In this document: positions 50,881 to 64,000 of the stretch, piece after piece
Layout of the letters: every line of letters begins with the position of its first letter
How positions within the stretch are numbered: position 1 is the stretch's first letter
Assembly (NCBI RefSeq): GCF_006345805.1
Contig: NC_043003.1
Coordinates: 46,624,001-46,688,000, forward strand
DNA from: Octopus sinensis
Lineage: Eukaryota
DNA length: 64,000 bases
Direction: 5' to 3'
Program-made: the position numbers and the translations under genes
The notes under the pieces: model-generated
What the model was told of the DNA's origin: nothing
Seen by the model: only the letters and a program-made list of their open reading frames with translations
Database searches by the model: none

Positions 50881-50881
<1 letters not shown>

Positions 50882-51265
50882 TAGCAGTATCGCCCGGCGT
50901 TGCTCAGGTTTGTAAGGGAAATAACTATAAAGCATTTTTAGAGAGTTATAGCCAAAAAATAGCCAAAAAATGGAAAAAAATTATGGTAAATTTTTTTTTG
51001 AGATTAAAAAAAGGTGGAGTTGCGTCCCCTAGAAAGTTTGTGGTTTGTGTTTCTACTTCTCGATCCCATGTCGAATTTATCGATTTTTTTCAGAACTGGG
51101 GGAACTTTTCAAAATTTTCGCTGCGTTAGTTTTGAATTATGACATTGGGCTATGTGTGTGTCAAGTTTCATCAGAATCGGTTGAAAGCCGTGGTCAGGGT
51201 GAGGGTACAAGCAAACAGACACACAGAAACACGCACAGACAAACTGCCGTTTATATAGAGAGAGA
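50881..51265 (-). mobile_element. Complete 385-bp non-autonomous Helitron
   Basis: Minus strand reads A|TCTCTCTCTATATAAACGGCAG...CCTGAGCAACGCCGGGCGATACTG-CTAG|T: 5' TC, 3' hairpin plus CTAG, inserted between A and T with no TSD. Confidence 0.8.
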
Positions 51266-51270
51266 TAAAT

Positions 51271-51327
<57 letters not shown>

Positions 51328-51466
51328 CGACGAGCATCTTTCAGTTTCCGTCTACCAAATCCCGAGGCCATAGTAGAAGACACTTGCTCAAGGTGCCACG
51401 CAGTGGGATTGAACCCGCAACCATGAGGTTGGTAAGCAAACAACTTCCTACACAGCCACTCCTGCA

Positions 51467-51500
<34 letters not shown>

Positions 51501-51773
51501 TGTGATCACCGTGACCGACCAGGCTATCAGATGTTGCTACACATCGCTGGTCACAATGCGCTTTGCATTGTTTTTAGCCTTCAAATGACGCCACCCAGCT
51601 GGCTAAAACGAGTAGGCCAACAAAAGAAAGAGGGAGAGAAAGTTGTGGCGAAAGAGTACAGCAGGAATCGCCGGAGCCTTGTGGAGATTTTAGGTGTTTT
51701 CGCTCAATAAACACACACAACGCCCGGTCTGGGAATCGAAACCGCCCTAACCACTGGGCCATTGCACCTCCAC

Positions 51774-51804
<31 letters not shown>

Positions 51805-52019
51805 TAATAAATAAAACATATGCATATATATATACATATATGTACGTACCAACCTCTACATGTATATATACACGCATATATGGGTACAGGACACCAAAAA
51901 AAACGTCGAACACAATGAGAAACGAAAACATAAACACAAAACCAAGGAACTGGACATTTTTCTTAAACAACAAAAAAATAGAGTACAGGACAAATATATA
52001 CACATATATATACACATAT

Positions 52020-52185
<166 letters not shown>

Positions 52186-52323
52186 TTTTGAGTTGTATCG
52201 TATATATATATATATATATATATATACGATACAACTCAAAATTTTAAAATTTATTCTATACAGGGTATTGATCCACGGTTTAGTGGTTGACGACCTCTAG
52301 TCAAAAGCACACTATTCCTGGAA

Positions 52324-52327
<4 letters not shown>

Positions 52328-52381
<54 letters not shown>

Positions 52382-52423
52382 TATAATAATTATATTAATA
52401 ATAATAATTGTAATAGTAATAAT
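52328..52423. repeat. (TAA)n microsatellite
   Basis: Direct inspection. Confidence 0.95.
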
Positions 52424-54117
52424 AAACACTTGTGGTTTGATCGTCTTTTATTAAACGTATATTTCTTTTAATTTGAACTTGGGGCTTCAACAACGAAAAT
52501 GGTTTTGAAGTACCAGTCCGCGCTGGTCTTTGCAATCAGTCATTCACTTTCCTCGTCCCCAACTCTCCATCATATCACACTTTCAGTATCTTGTCTGATT
52601 GCCTGCCCTTATATGACCCCTTTTGTAAAGACAAACCGTCTTAATGAGGTTTCGATTACCCGGAAAATATTGCTAATTTGTGATTCTTGTTTTTGGAAAG
52701 TACTGAGTCAGAAAGTGGATATGTTGTGATGCGGTGATGATTAGGGGTTAACATGGCTGGAATTGAAACCTAAAACTGTTTATAACAGCTGGCAGTGATA
52801 TTTCGTTATTTGAGTGGACATAGAGACGACGGGAGTGTGGATTAGACTTGATTAATTAACGAAGTAGGTGATGACGGCGGCGGGGATACATTAATCGCTT
52901 CGCTCCTCGTAAAATGTATTTGTGATGATATGAGAGTATATATATATCATATGAACGTTTGTGATTATGGTGGCATGTGATACAGTGTCATAGTATACAC
53001 GGTGGAGAAATATATATATGCTTGCGTGTGTGTGTGTGTGTGTGCTTGGGTTCGTGTGGGTGCGTGTGAGAGTGAGAGAGAGACAGAGTGTTGTGGGGTG
53101 CGTGTATGCGTGTGTGTGTGTGTGTGTTGGCGTGTGGGCATGTGTGTGTGTACACGCGTGTGTGCGTGTATGCATGTGTGTGTACGTGCGTATGTATATG
53201 TGTGTATACGCGCGTGTGTGCGTGTGTACGTACGTGTGTGTGTGTGCATGTCTGTGTGTACGTGTGTGTATACGTGTGGGTATATGTGCGTGTATGTGTG
53301 TGCGCGTGTGTGTATACGTGTGTGTATACGTGTATGTACGTGTGTGTATGTGTGTGTGTGTGTGGTTGTGTGTGTGTGTGTGTTTGTGTGTGAAATGTGA
53401 CAGAATATGTAATATTATGGCGTAATTAGTATATCTAAAGTATTAACGTTTCAGAAAGTGTGGTCGTTGTTGCTATGGTGGTCTTCGTCATTGTCGTTGC
53501 GGTGGAAGGATGGCGGTGGGGGTCGCCATCGTAGTCACTTCGTCGTCGTGGTAGTCATGGCCATGGATGATGGCTGTCATAATACTGATGATATTGATAC
53601 TGGTTATACATTATACAACCAGCATTTCAGAAAAAGTTGTTATTGTTCTTGGTAAAATACTTGTAATAGTCACAGTAGTTGCGGCATTGACAATACCATA
53701 TCTATATTGCTGTGGCTCTTGTTTTTACTTAACCACAGGTCAGCAATGAACTAGTAGACCTATTGATCAATGACGTACTAGTTGTGAAAATCCTTTTTTG
53801 TTTATTTCTGCCAGTGTAGAGAAGTTGGTGAAGTTAAAGCTCATGGTTACCCATATCTGGTTTATATTGAACTGGCCTTAAGCAATAACCTCAGGACTGA
53901 TCTGGTGGTATTATTTTAAAATTAGGTCAGTCTTGGCGAAAAAAAAAACTCTGTGATGAAAAGTATTCCAAAGTGTTCTACTTATAACAATCCAGTCTCT
54001 TTCCTATGTACAAAGACCCAAGGGCCGCATCATCCATTTTACTGTCTTCTAAAGCGGCGGGATGTAATACAAAGTTATTTAACTGTTGTTTTTAGATTTT
54101 ATGATGACCACATAGAG

Positions 54118-54379
54118 CAGTGATTCCCAACGTGGAACCTGGAAAAATTTTGATGGGGGCTGTAGTCACCAGGCACAAGGTTCTCATTCAAGTAATTCAC
54201 TTTTCCTTTTCTTAGTGAATGATGTACATTTTTTGTACTCGTTACCGGTAGATTCTTTTGTATTAAATAACTGTGGTAATATATTTAAAATAAAGTTCTT
54301 TTTTTCAACCACCGGTAAGGCATACATTCTTCAGGAAAGTTATAGTGGGGCTTGAGAGAAAATAGTTTGAGAAACTCCG
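54118..54379. mobile_element. hAT-type MITE
   Basis: Imperfect TIRs CAGTGATTCCCAAC / GTTTGAGAAACTCCG; 8-bp flanks ACATAGAG and AAATAGAA (6/8 match). Confidence 0.5.
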
Positions 54380-56282
54380 AAATAGAAGTTTTTCCTAGTT
54401 TTGTTATGGTGTTCGTGCTCGTGTTGTAATGGCGGTGAAGAATTTGCGATTGAATATGTGTTGCTGTTGTTGTTTATGATGTCAGTAGGATCTATTACAT
54501 GTAAACGATTTCAATATAGAGACAAGGTCAAAGATCTATTAGAGATAATAATGCTTGCACCTTTGCTAGGGTCTTTAGGGAAGTAACAGATGCGATAAGT
54601 GTAAAATCAGAGATGGACACTAACATACGGACATCCGCTCCACTTTTTTTTCTTTTTTGTTTTTGTTTTATTTTTTTTTTGAGACAGCTGATTTCCCCTA
54701 TACGTTTAACATCTGTTTTATGGTTAATCTCTTTTGTATAATTCTTGTCATACAATAATGTGCACGCTGGAGGATTTTCGTTGTTGCTTTTTGTGAGACA
54801 TGTGATCATCGTGTTTTGAAGGAAACGACAATGATGTAATGTGACGTTCATGCATTTCCCAAAGATGCTAGCGGAGTATCGAAAATACTGGTTTCAAATT
54901 TTGGCAGAGGGCCAGCAATTTTTGTGGAGAGGGTAACGTCTATTACATCGACCCTGATACCTTACTTGTACTTATTTTTATCGACCACCTCAAAGAAAGA
55001 AAGGCAAAGTTAGTGTCATTTTAATCCACTCACAAGTAATACAACCGTCTGTATAAAATGACAATTTTCGTAATTAGGGATGAAACTTTTTCTGAACAAA
55101 CAGGAATTATTTAAACATTGGCATAAGACAACAAATTTTCGGGACTGGATATAATCAATTAAGACGGTTGATTAACAAATTTGCTTGAGTGTCGAACAAA
55201 TACCTTGCACTAATTGTTACGATTCTTTGAGTTCTCTGTTTAAATTCTACCAAGACAAAGTTGCCTTTCCACCTTCTGAGGTCGATAAATAAAATCCAGT
55301 CATTTGTTGGATCAATTCTTCAGGTTATAGTATTAAACAAAGTGGCAAATTAAGTCTATTGCCACGAACAGGAACGGTTTCTATGACGATCTTTCTCATA
55401 GCTTCTTCTTTGGTCGACTCAAAGACACTATAGGATCAAAGTTGAAATCATGTAGTTTCAAAGCAAACCGGTTCACCTCACAATCATATCTATTGCTAAA
55501 GTGCCGTGCAGTCCACAGAACTACAGAAAGAGCTAAAAAAAAAAAAAACTGACGACGAGTGTTCCAGTTGATCCGATCAACCTGCTCACGAAACTATTAA
55601 GCAAGTGGCTGAGCACTCCACAAGCTCGCGTACGCTTAAAGTAGTTCTCAGAGAGATTCAGTGTGACATAGAGTGTGACAAGGCTGGCTATTTGAAATAC
55701 AGGTACTACTCATTTTTGCCAGCTGAATGGACTGGAGGAACATGAAATAAAGTGTCTTGCTACAGGCAGCAGAGTGGTGAACTCGGTAGATCGTCAATTA
55801 ATTTACTTCACAGTAGGTGTTCCGGTTCACTGCATTCTGAGTTCAAACCCTGCAGAGGTTAACATTGCCTTCTGTCCTTTTATAATCAATAAGCAAAGTA
55901 TCGATCTTGCATTGAGATTGATTCTTCCCCTGTCACACATTTTCTTTCTCTCTCTCTCTCTCTCTCGATATATATATATTATATATATATATAATATATA
56001 TATATATATCTATATATATTCTATAATTATAACATAATTATTATCAGGGGTCAGCTAATTGCTTCGCTACGCACCGAATTTAGAAATAGGAGTTAAAATA
56101 CCTTTTCTGCTACCATATATATATAATTTATTTGTATAATTTTTACCTAAAAAGGCTATTTTAACGTACTGAACTATTAGGTAAAATTATTAATTATTAA
56201 TTAATTGATTAATTAATTAATTAATTAGTTTTACCCTTTTATTATTATTGATATATATATATATATATATATCGCTTCCTCC

Positions 56283-56342
<60 letters not shown>

Positions 56343-58339
56343 GCCCCCTCCCTCTCCCTCTCTTTCTCTCTCTCACATTCAGGAAGAAACATGATCAACC
56401 TTGGAGGACGATGCACTCTACCAAGTTTAAAATTGCCATAGAACTCCGTGTGTTACGACGGCGCCCCTACCACCCTCAAAGAGTTGAGGGCCCCAGACAG
56501 GACAAGACGTCCAATCGACAGTTGACTAGATTGATAATTTTATCCAAAGATACAGACAAATTTACAATCTTTCAGTTAAAAAGCCAACGATATCCTTTAT
56601 TTTAACGAATTGCAGAAAAGCGACAGAGTATATCTCAGTGCGCGTCTATGTACGTTTGTGTGTGCGTGTGTGTATGTGTGTGTGTATGTGTGTGTGTGTG
56701 TTTGTGTGTGTTACAATAAGTATGTAACTGTGCTTATATTTAAGTGTATATGTATGTATGTCATATGTGTGCGTGTGTGCGTGTGTGTATGTGTGTTTTA
56801 CAATATGTATGCATCTGTCCTACATTTAAGAGTATATATATATCGGGATGTATGGCATATATGGACATACGTGTGTGTGTGTCAGATATTTTGGTGTGCG
56901 TGTATAAGAATATATTTGCGTATTTGTATATATTTTTGCGAACTGGTATGCGTGTGGGTGCGTGCGTACGTATGCAAGAAACCTCGTTTGTGTGTGTGTG
57001 TGTGTGTGTGTGTGAGTGTGTGCGCGCGCTCGCGTGTGTGTACGTGCATGTGCGTGTGTGTCTTTTAGAAGAAGCCTGCTTCTAAAAGCGGGATTTCACA
57101 CTCATGCGTTTGAAGTCTGCGGCGAGGTGAGAGGCCCAGAGGAGGGATGTGTGATAACAACCTGATGGTTTCAAATACCAACTTGAAACCGACGTTTAAT
57201 TGGATGGATTCTGAAAGGATTTTCATATAACCAAGTTAGCCACTTCCTCAATCTCTTTAGTGATTCGTGCGATTTTAGCCCTCATCTCTACTCTTCAACA
57301 CACGCTTCTATTGATAAATTTAGTCACGTAGTGACAGTTAAGAACACTTCCTGTTGTCATAGTAACAAAAGTGTTATTTTGTATTTATTGGTAGAATTCA
57401 TGAATTCGGTGAAGATAACTGAGAAATTTTTCCTTAAATATATCATTCTTTCCGCCAAAGGCACAAAGCCTCAAATTTGATGGGAGGGGTCATTGGATTA
57501 CAATAACCCCAATGTTCAACTGCTGTTTCTTTTATCGACCCCCAAAGGATGAAGGATAAAGTTGAACTTGGTTGTATTTTTTTAACTCAGGAAGTAAAGC
57601 CAGAAGAAATGTTGCTAAGCAATTTGTCCGGCTTGGTAACGATTCTGCCAGCTCGCCACCTTTTTACCTTTGAAAGATGCAATATTTCTTTATTGCCCAC
57701 AAGGGGCTAAGCATAGAGGCGACAAACAAGGACAGACAAACGGATTAAGTCAATTATATCGACCCCAGTGCGAAACTGGTACTTTATTTATCGATCCCGA
57801 AAGGATGAAAGGCAAAGTCGACCTCGGCGGAATTTGAACTCAGAACGTAACGACAGACGAAATACCGCTAAGCATTTCGCTCGGCGCGCTAACGTGTCTG
57901 CCAGCTCGCCGTAAATTCTTTACTTTTCTCTAATTTTGGTACAATGGCAGCAATTTTTTAAAAGAAGGGGCAAGTCGATTACATCGACACCCAGAACTTG
58001 ACTAGTTCGTTATTTATTAACTTTTGAAAGGGTGAACGGTGAAGTCAATCTCGGTGGCATTTGAACTCAGAGCGTAAAGCCGGATGAAATGCCGGTAAGC
58101 ATTTTGCCCAGCTTGAGAACTTTTCTATAACAAAAATGGTGAGAAAACTGATAACTAGGCCTTCGGATTCAGGTTGAGAATAAATCTTGACAAAAACTAT
58201 CTGTTAATCCGCTTCAAATATTTTAAAGATTTCATTTACATCACGTGCGAGTAAAACCACACCTCTTTATTAGGAGATAGAAGACATTGCAACGAGAAGT
58301 GTTGACCGTTTTAGCCAATTAAGTGCAGAATACATAATA

Positions 58340-58706
58340 CACACATACATACATACACATACATACATACATACATACATACATACATACATACATGCAT
58401 ACATACATACATACATACATACATACATACATACATACATGCATACATACATACATACATACATACATACATGCATAATACATACATGCATACATACATA
58501 CATACATGCATGCATACATACATACATACATACATGCATACATACATACATACATACATACATACATACATACATGCATACATACATACATGCATGCATA
58601 CATACATACATACATACATACATGCATACATACATACATACATACATGCATGCATACATACATACATGCATGCATACATACATACGTACATACATACATA
58701 CATACA

Positions 58707-58740
<34 letters not shown>

Positions 58741-58782
58741 CATACATACATACATACATACATACATACATACATACATACA

Positions 58783-58812
<30 letters not shown>
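58340..58812. repeat. ~470-bp (CATA)n/(CATG) microsatellite
   Basis: Direct inspection; source of the MYVC/HTYI pseudo-ORFs. Confidence 0.97.
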
Positions 58813-58817
<5 letters not shown>

Positions 58818-60678
58818 TCGTAATCGAGTATGACCACTTCCTAAACTCAGTAAGTCCGTGAAAACGTTCTGAGAGTCAAAAAATTCCTGTTTGCGAATGT
58901 GTTTCGAGTGGATAAAGTGTTACACAGCACTAAATTCACTTTTCAATGCAATTATCTATAAAACTAATGGCACAACAGAGTTTGAGACGGCCAGAAACAA
59001 ACCGCATTTCAGGTTTTTGTATACGAGTTTACCACCACCCAGGAAGACGTTGTACCAAGAACTCGGTGTCTTTCACACCCATGCTAGTGGAACCCTGACA
59101 CGTTTTACTACTCCTGGCTAGAGTAGGCCTGAGAACATAGTGTCTAAAGGGTAGTTGCACACTTCCCAAAACTCGGGAACTCTTGTACCAGGTAAAGGTA
59201 GCGGTTAAAGTTGCCTTCTCGAATCATATCGACTGATAAGGGCCAGTTTCCTAATTTTCATGGCGTATATATTTCCCACCTGCACGAGATGCCGGTCAAT
59301 CGCAGGATTACTCATTTTTTCCAGCTGAGTGAACTGGAGCAACGTGAAATGACGTGTTTTGCACATCGCATCGCCCGCTCCAAGAATCGAAACCATAGTC
59401 TTGCGATCATGAGTCTAACGCCCAACCACTAAGCCACGCACCTTTACATTCATATACCAAATCTCACAGCTGGAAACGGTTTAAAGTACATACATAAATA
59501 TATGTGATGGCTGCCTACTCGTTATCGAGCGTGACCATTGCTGACAGGTAAGTGTCAGCTATGCCCGTGAAAGGGTTTTAAGTGCAGCTTGCACAACATC
59601 ACAATGGCTCTCACTAGCAAAACCAAGAAGTCCATGGTTCCGGGCTCAGTCCCACTGCGTGGCATCTTGGGCAAGTGTCTTCTGCTATAGCCCCGGGCCG
59701 ACCAATGCCTTGTGAGTGGATTTGGTAGACGGAAACTGAAAGAAGCCTGTCGTATATGTGTATGTGTGTGTGTGTTTGTCCCCCTAGCATTGCTTGACAA
59801 CCGATGCTGGTGTGTTTACGTCCCCGTCACTTAGCGGTTCGGTAAAAGAGACAGATAGAATAAGTACTGGGCTTACAAAGAATAAGTTCTGGGGTCGATT
59901 TGCTCGACTAAAGGCGGTGCTCCAGCATGGCCGCAGTCAAATGACTGAAACAAGTAAAAGAGTAAAAGAGTATATATATATATATGCATTCACACATATG
60001 CTAAACTAGAAACATTCATTGGCAAAGGTAAATGTGCCTTCGTAAAACTAAACTAGAAATACCTTCAGATATGGAACATTACATAATGCCTTTCAAAGAT
60101 GCAATTCTATGCATTTGATGCATTCAGTATTTATCACATAATTTGGTAACATGTTGTCCATCTCTCGCTGTTTCCTCTTCTTTCCACACACACACACACA
60201 CACACACACGCACGCACGCACGCACACACAAACTATAAATCACACCATGTAGGATATTGGTTAAAATGTGTATGTATGTATGTGTGCGTGCATGCGCATG
60301 TATGTGCGTGTTTCAGACTATGTTTGTACCCATCCACCACTTGACAACCGGTGATGGTATGTTTACGTCCATGTAAAATAGCGGTTCGGCAAATGAGACC
60401 AATAGAACAAGAACCAGGCCTTTTTAAAAATAAATAATTACTGGGATTGATTTATTTGACTAACACTTCTTCAAGGCTGTGACCTTGCTTTGCCGCAGTC
60501 TAATGTCTGAAACAAGTAAAATATAAAAGATATATACATTATTTACATTATTTACATTTGACGGATATTTGTCCTCATCTTGTTTGTTGTTAACAAGATG
60601 AGGACAAATATCCGTCAAATGTAAATAATGTAAATAATGTACATAATTCCTCATCTCTTAAATACAGAACTGTATAAA

Positions 60679-60742
<64 letters not shown>

Positions 60743-63700
60743 CATTAATTCACACATACACCATATATGTATCAGATGTGTGTGTGTGTGTGTGTGTGTG
60801 TCGTAGTCACAGAGGAAGGGATTTGATATATTGATAGGTAGACAGGCAGACATACAGGCAGACATACGCATAAACACAGGCGTAGGAGACGGCTAAAGTA
60901 AAGGGTGCGGTCAAATTAGATCTGAAAATGTCTCAGACACCATTGATCTAAAGAAAGAAATAATTTTTGTGACGTATAATAAAAACATGATTTCGGAGTG
61001 ACTCTCTAAATGCTTGTTGTCGTGTGTTTAATAATGTATCTGAACACAATCATCCCAACAGAACTTGCCAGAAAATATTGAGAATTACGTCATTTTGGGG
61101 GTTACATCGTACCCCACCGTTCCCACGCACATCTGTGTATATACATTCACAAACGCATACGTGTGTGTGTGTGTGTGTGTGTTGTGTGTGTGTGTGTGTG
61201 TGTGTGTGCGTATGTGTGTGTTGTGAATAAATTATGTAACCGGTTTATTGCTAAAATTAGAAGCCGGATTTCTCTCTTAGTTTAATCTAAACCACCCTTT
61301 AAGTAAACCTTTCTAATCTTGACCCAAATGACTCATTAACTTACTCAATGTTTTAATTTTCTATTCAGTTCCTTTATTTCTTTATAGTTAATACCTTAAA
61401 AAAAAACAAATTTCACAACTGTTTCTATAGCCCAGATTAATCAATACCTTATCATTGTCCTCTATTTCAGTATTTGCAGCAGTTGTTATTTATACCTAGA
61501 AGACAAAAAAAGAAACATTTATACGAAAACAATATGATCCTATTTCTGCTGCAACCAGAACCGTACTCCAGAGATGCTGTCACCTCAGGCAAGCTGAAGC
61601 TTCGACGGCCTTCTAAGTATGTGTGTGTGTGTGTGTAAAATTTTCGTAAGGAATAAAACCTTTTAAATGTAGAAATTAAATATTTATTACAATTTATTAA
61701 ATACAGTGTTTAGTTTAATTTTATTTATTTTTTATTTTGGAAGTTCACAACATATGACTGGGTATCCCTTAGCACGTGACGCTCTGGACAATTGCAACAG
61801 AGTTGGCATTACCCTTAGCCTGCTCTTACTTACCAATTCGACAACTAATGGGTAGATGGAAGCCATTTTCTAGAGTGATTTGAGGAAAATTTTGGTTACA
61901 ATTACTAGCAATCTGACCAGGCATATAAAGACGCCTCTCGTTGACTCAGGCACATCAAAAGAGTTAGGTAGATCATGTCAACTATTTCTATTTATGTTGT
62001 ACGAAAGGCCTTGTAAGCAAGGTATAGAAGTGGTACCTTTGTTACTGTGTTGATGAGGGGTTCGCCTTACACTCATGAAGTCCCAGGCTCTGTGTGACAT
62101 TTTGGTAAATATCTTTTACCTTAACATCGGGTCGTTCCACGTCATATGAACCAAATTCAATAGACGGAAACTGTACGGAAGTCCATCAGATCGATTTTAT
62201 CTTATACACACACACACACGTTACATATTGTGTAATTCTCATTCTGCTTGGAGATTAGATTAAGGTCATAATTGTCTGTGGAATATGCAACCATTTACAC
62301 ATTAAATCACTGAGTAAGTTATTCGATTGATTGAAAAACTGAAAACACTGAACGTTCATCGCCCAAATCAGTGTAGAATCCCTTTTAGCCTCCGCCCCAC
62401 AGTGCTGGCTGGTTCATGCTGCTGCCACCCAGGCATTATTAATTCACTTGTTTCTTCTCTCATGAGCTTTGTTACGTCCAAACACCCATATTCTGCACTA
62501 ATCGCCACTCCCAGTTCTTTCCTTCCCCGAATTCCTGCTAATTTTCTCTCTCCTGATATCATTCCTGTAGGTGAGAACTTACAAAGGTTTAAGAGAACCA
62601 TTAATGAGATCAATCTCATTATGAAGGTCATGGACGCGGCTCCTTCCTCCAGACTACAAGAAAATAGAAAGAAAAACATTATCGATTTTACCGAAAATCA
62701 TTGTTTGATTACTGATTTATTTAAATATAATACCTGAAAAAAAAAGAACAGTTTCATAATAAAGTTTTCATACAGTAATCAATCACATGAAAACTTCGAA
62801 GAAAAAGTTCACATTTGAAACAATTTACAGCAATTGTAACAAACTTGCGGCAACTGTAGCAAATTGTAGTAAATATTCTAATGAAATAGAAAAGATCGAT
62901 CATAAGATTAGATCTATACCAAAAATCTTCAAATCCATATCATATAGTCTCAAGGCGCAAATCAGGACTTCCATCTTTAAGAAATAGAAACATTTGTACA
63001 GGATTCAGAACGGTGCCATTTTCACCCAGTTAACAACCATACAGCCATTAACGAAAGTAGTTCAGACTCAGTAATGTAGATCTTACTATGTCACGAAATC
63101 ACGTGATCTGATGGTTTTGGCACTGGAGGTGGTGGGGAATTTATTTCCCCGTTAGTGATATCAGCAAAAATCAATATGAGAGTTTCTCTCATGGTAATTA
63201 CCGCGGTGTAGTTTGGTGCAACAGAACACCCAAGTTTCAGTGGGGATAATTGTTACCTACTACGTCACAAGAAATATACAATAAATCTCAGATTAAACAA
63301 GTCTACAACGAAATATGTTTGTCAGTAAGGGTGTGATATTGGTGAAAAGCTACCGAGCTGTCCCTTTACTTACATTTGATGTCGTATTGGTGGAATAAAC
63401 CTAGATCACTTCACAACCTCACCTTAACATTGGAAACATTAAATGATGATTGTTTTGTATGTATGTATGTATGTATGTATGTATGTATGTATGTACGTAC
63501 ATATCTATGTACGTGTTTGTTCTTTAATTCAAATTTGTTTTCAGCCATGTTTTACCATGTGGTTGTTGCGTATGTTGTTAAACTGAATGTGTATCTTAGG
63601 TACTGTATTTGCGGATTAATGTCTGTCTTCTGTCTATTTGTCCGTCTGTTTGTCTGTCTATCTTACTGTCTATTAGTTTTTATGTATGTATGTATGTATG

Positions 63701-64000
63701 TATGTATGCATGCATGCATGTATCTATGTTTGTATGTACGTATGTATCTGTGATTGAATTTGTAAACGAAGAGAAAAGTAGCTTTTATGAAAACGATCAT
63801 CCCAGGATAAGGAAGAACGTGCGTAATCTTGGTTAATGCATGTATGCATTTAACCAGCCAGTCATTCAAACACAAATATATCCCTATATTTATTAATCCA
63901 TTCGTCTGTACATCAATCGCTTCATCAGTCCATCTATCCATCCATCCAACAATCAATCAACCTATCCACCTGTCTATCCATCATTCAACTATATTGTCTC

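Noticed and set aside
51704-51775. tRNA-like sequences in SINE heads (also 40490-40565, 59380-59445)
   Set aside because: They have A/B boxes but no complete cloverleaf and continue into SINE bodies.
57330-57365. Palindrome GTCAC-GTA-GTGAC and an ETS-like ACTTCCTG as a promoter
   Set aside because: Short motifs expected by chance, with no associated gene start visible.

Overview
AT-rich, microsatellite- and SINE-dense animal genomic DNA. The repeat families and composition look like an octopus (coleoid cephalopod) genome; this is an inference from recalled repeat families, not a database search. No intact cellular protein-coding gene is evident, and most ORFs in the track are microsatellite artefacts. 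The dominant feature is a tRNA-Glu(CTC) cluster of 14 full-length 72-nt copies on the + strand (6.5-31.7 kb) plus two decayed copies. It was built by a ~10-kb head-to-tail tandem duplication and later unequal crossovers. One copy carries a shifted CCC (Gly) anticodon, and 12 of 14 copies share a 39-nt upstream element at exactly -55 to -17. Mobile elements include a nearly intact 5'-truncated CR1-type LINE, two mariner relics, R4/Dong and RTE fragments, a zinc-knuckle ORF1-only retroelement, Helitron-like and MITE elements, and three tRNA-derived SINE families. Penelope-like repeats carry at least six hammerhead-ribozyme-like motifs, four of them arranged as two inverted pairs at 38.4-39.5 kb. 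Element family names and boundaries were assigned by eye and are approximate.
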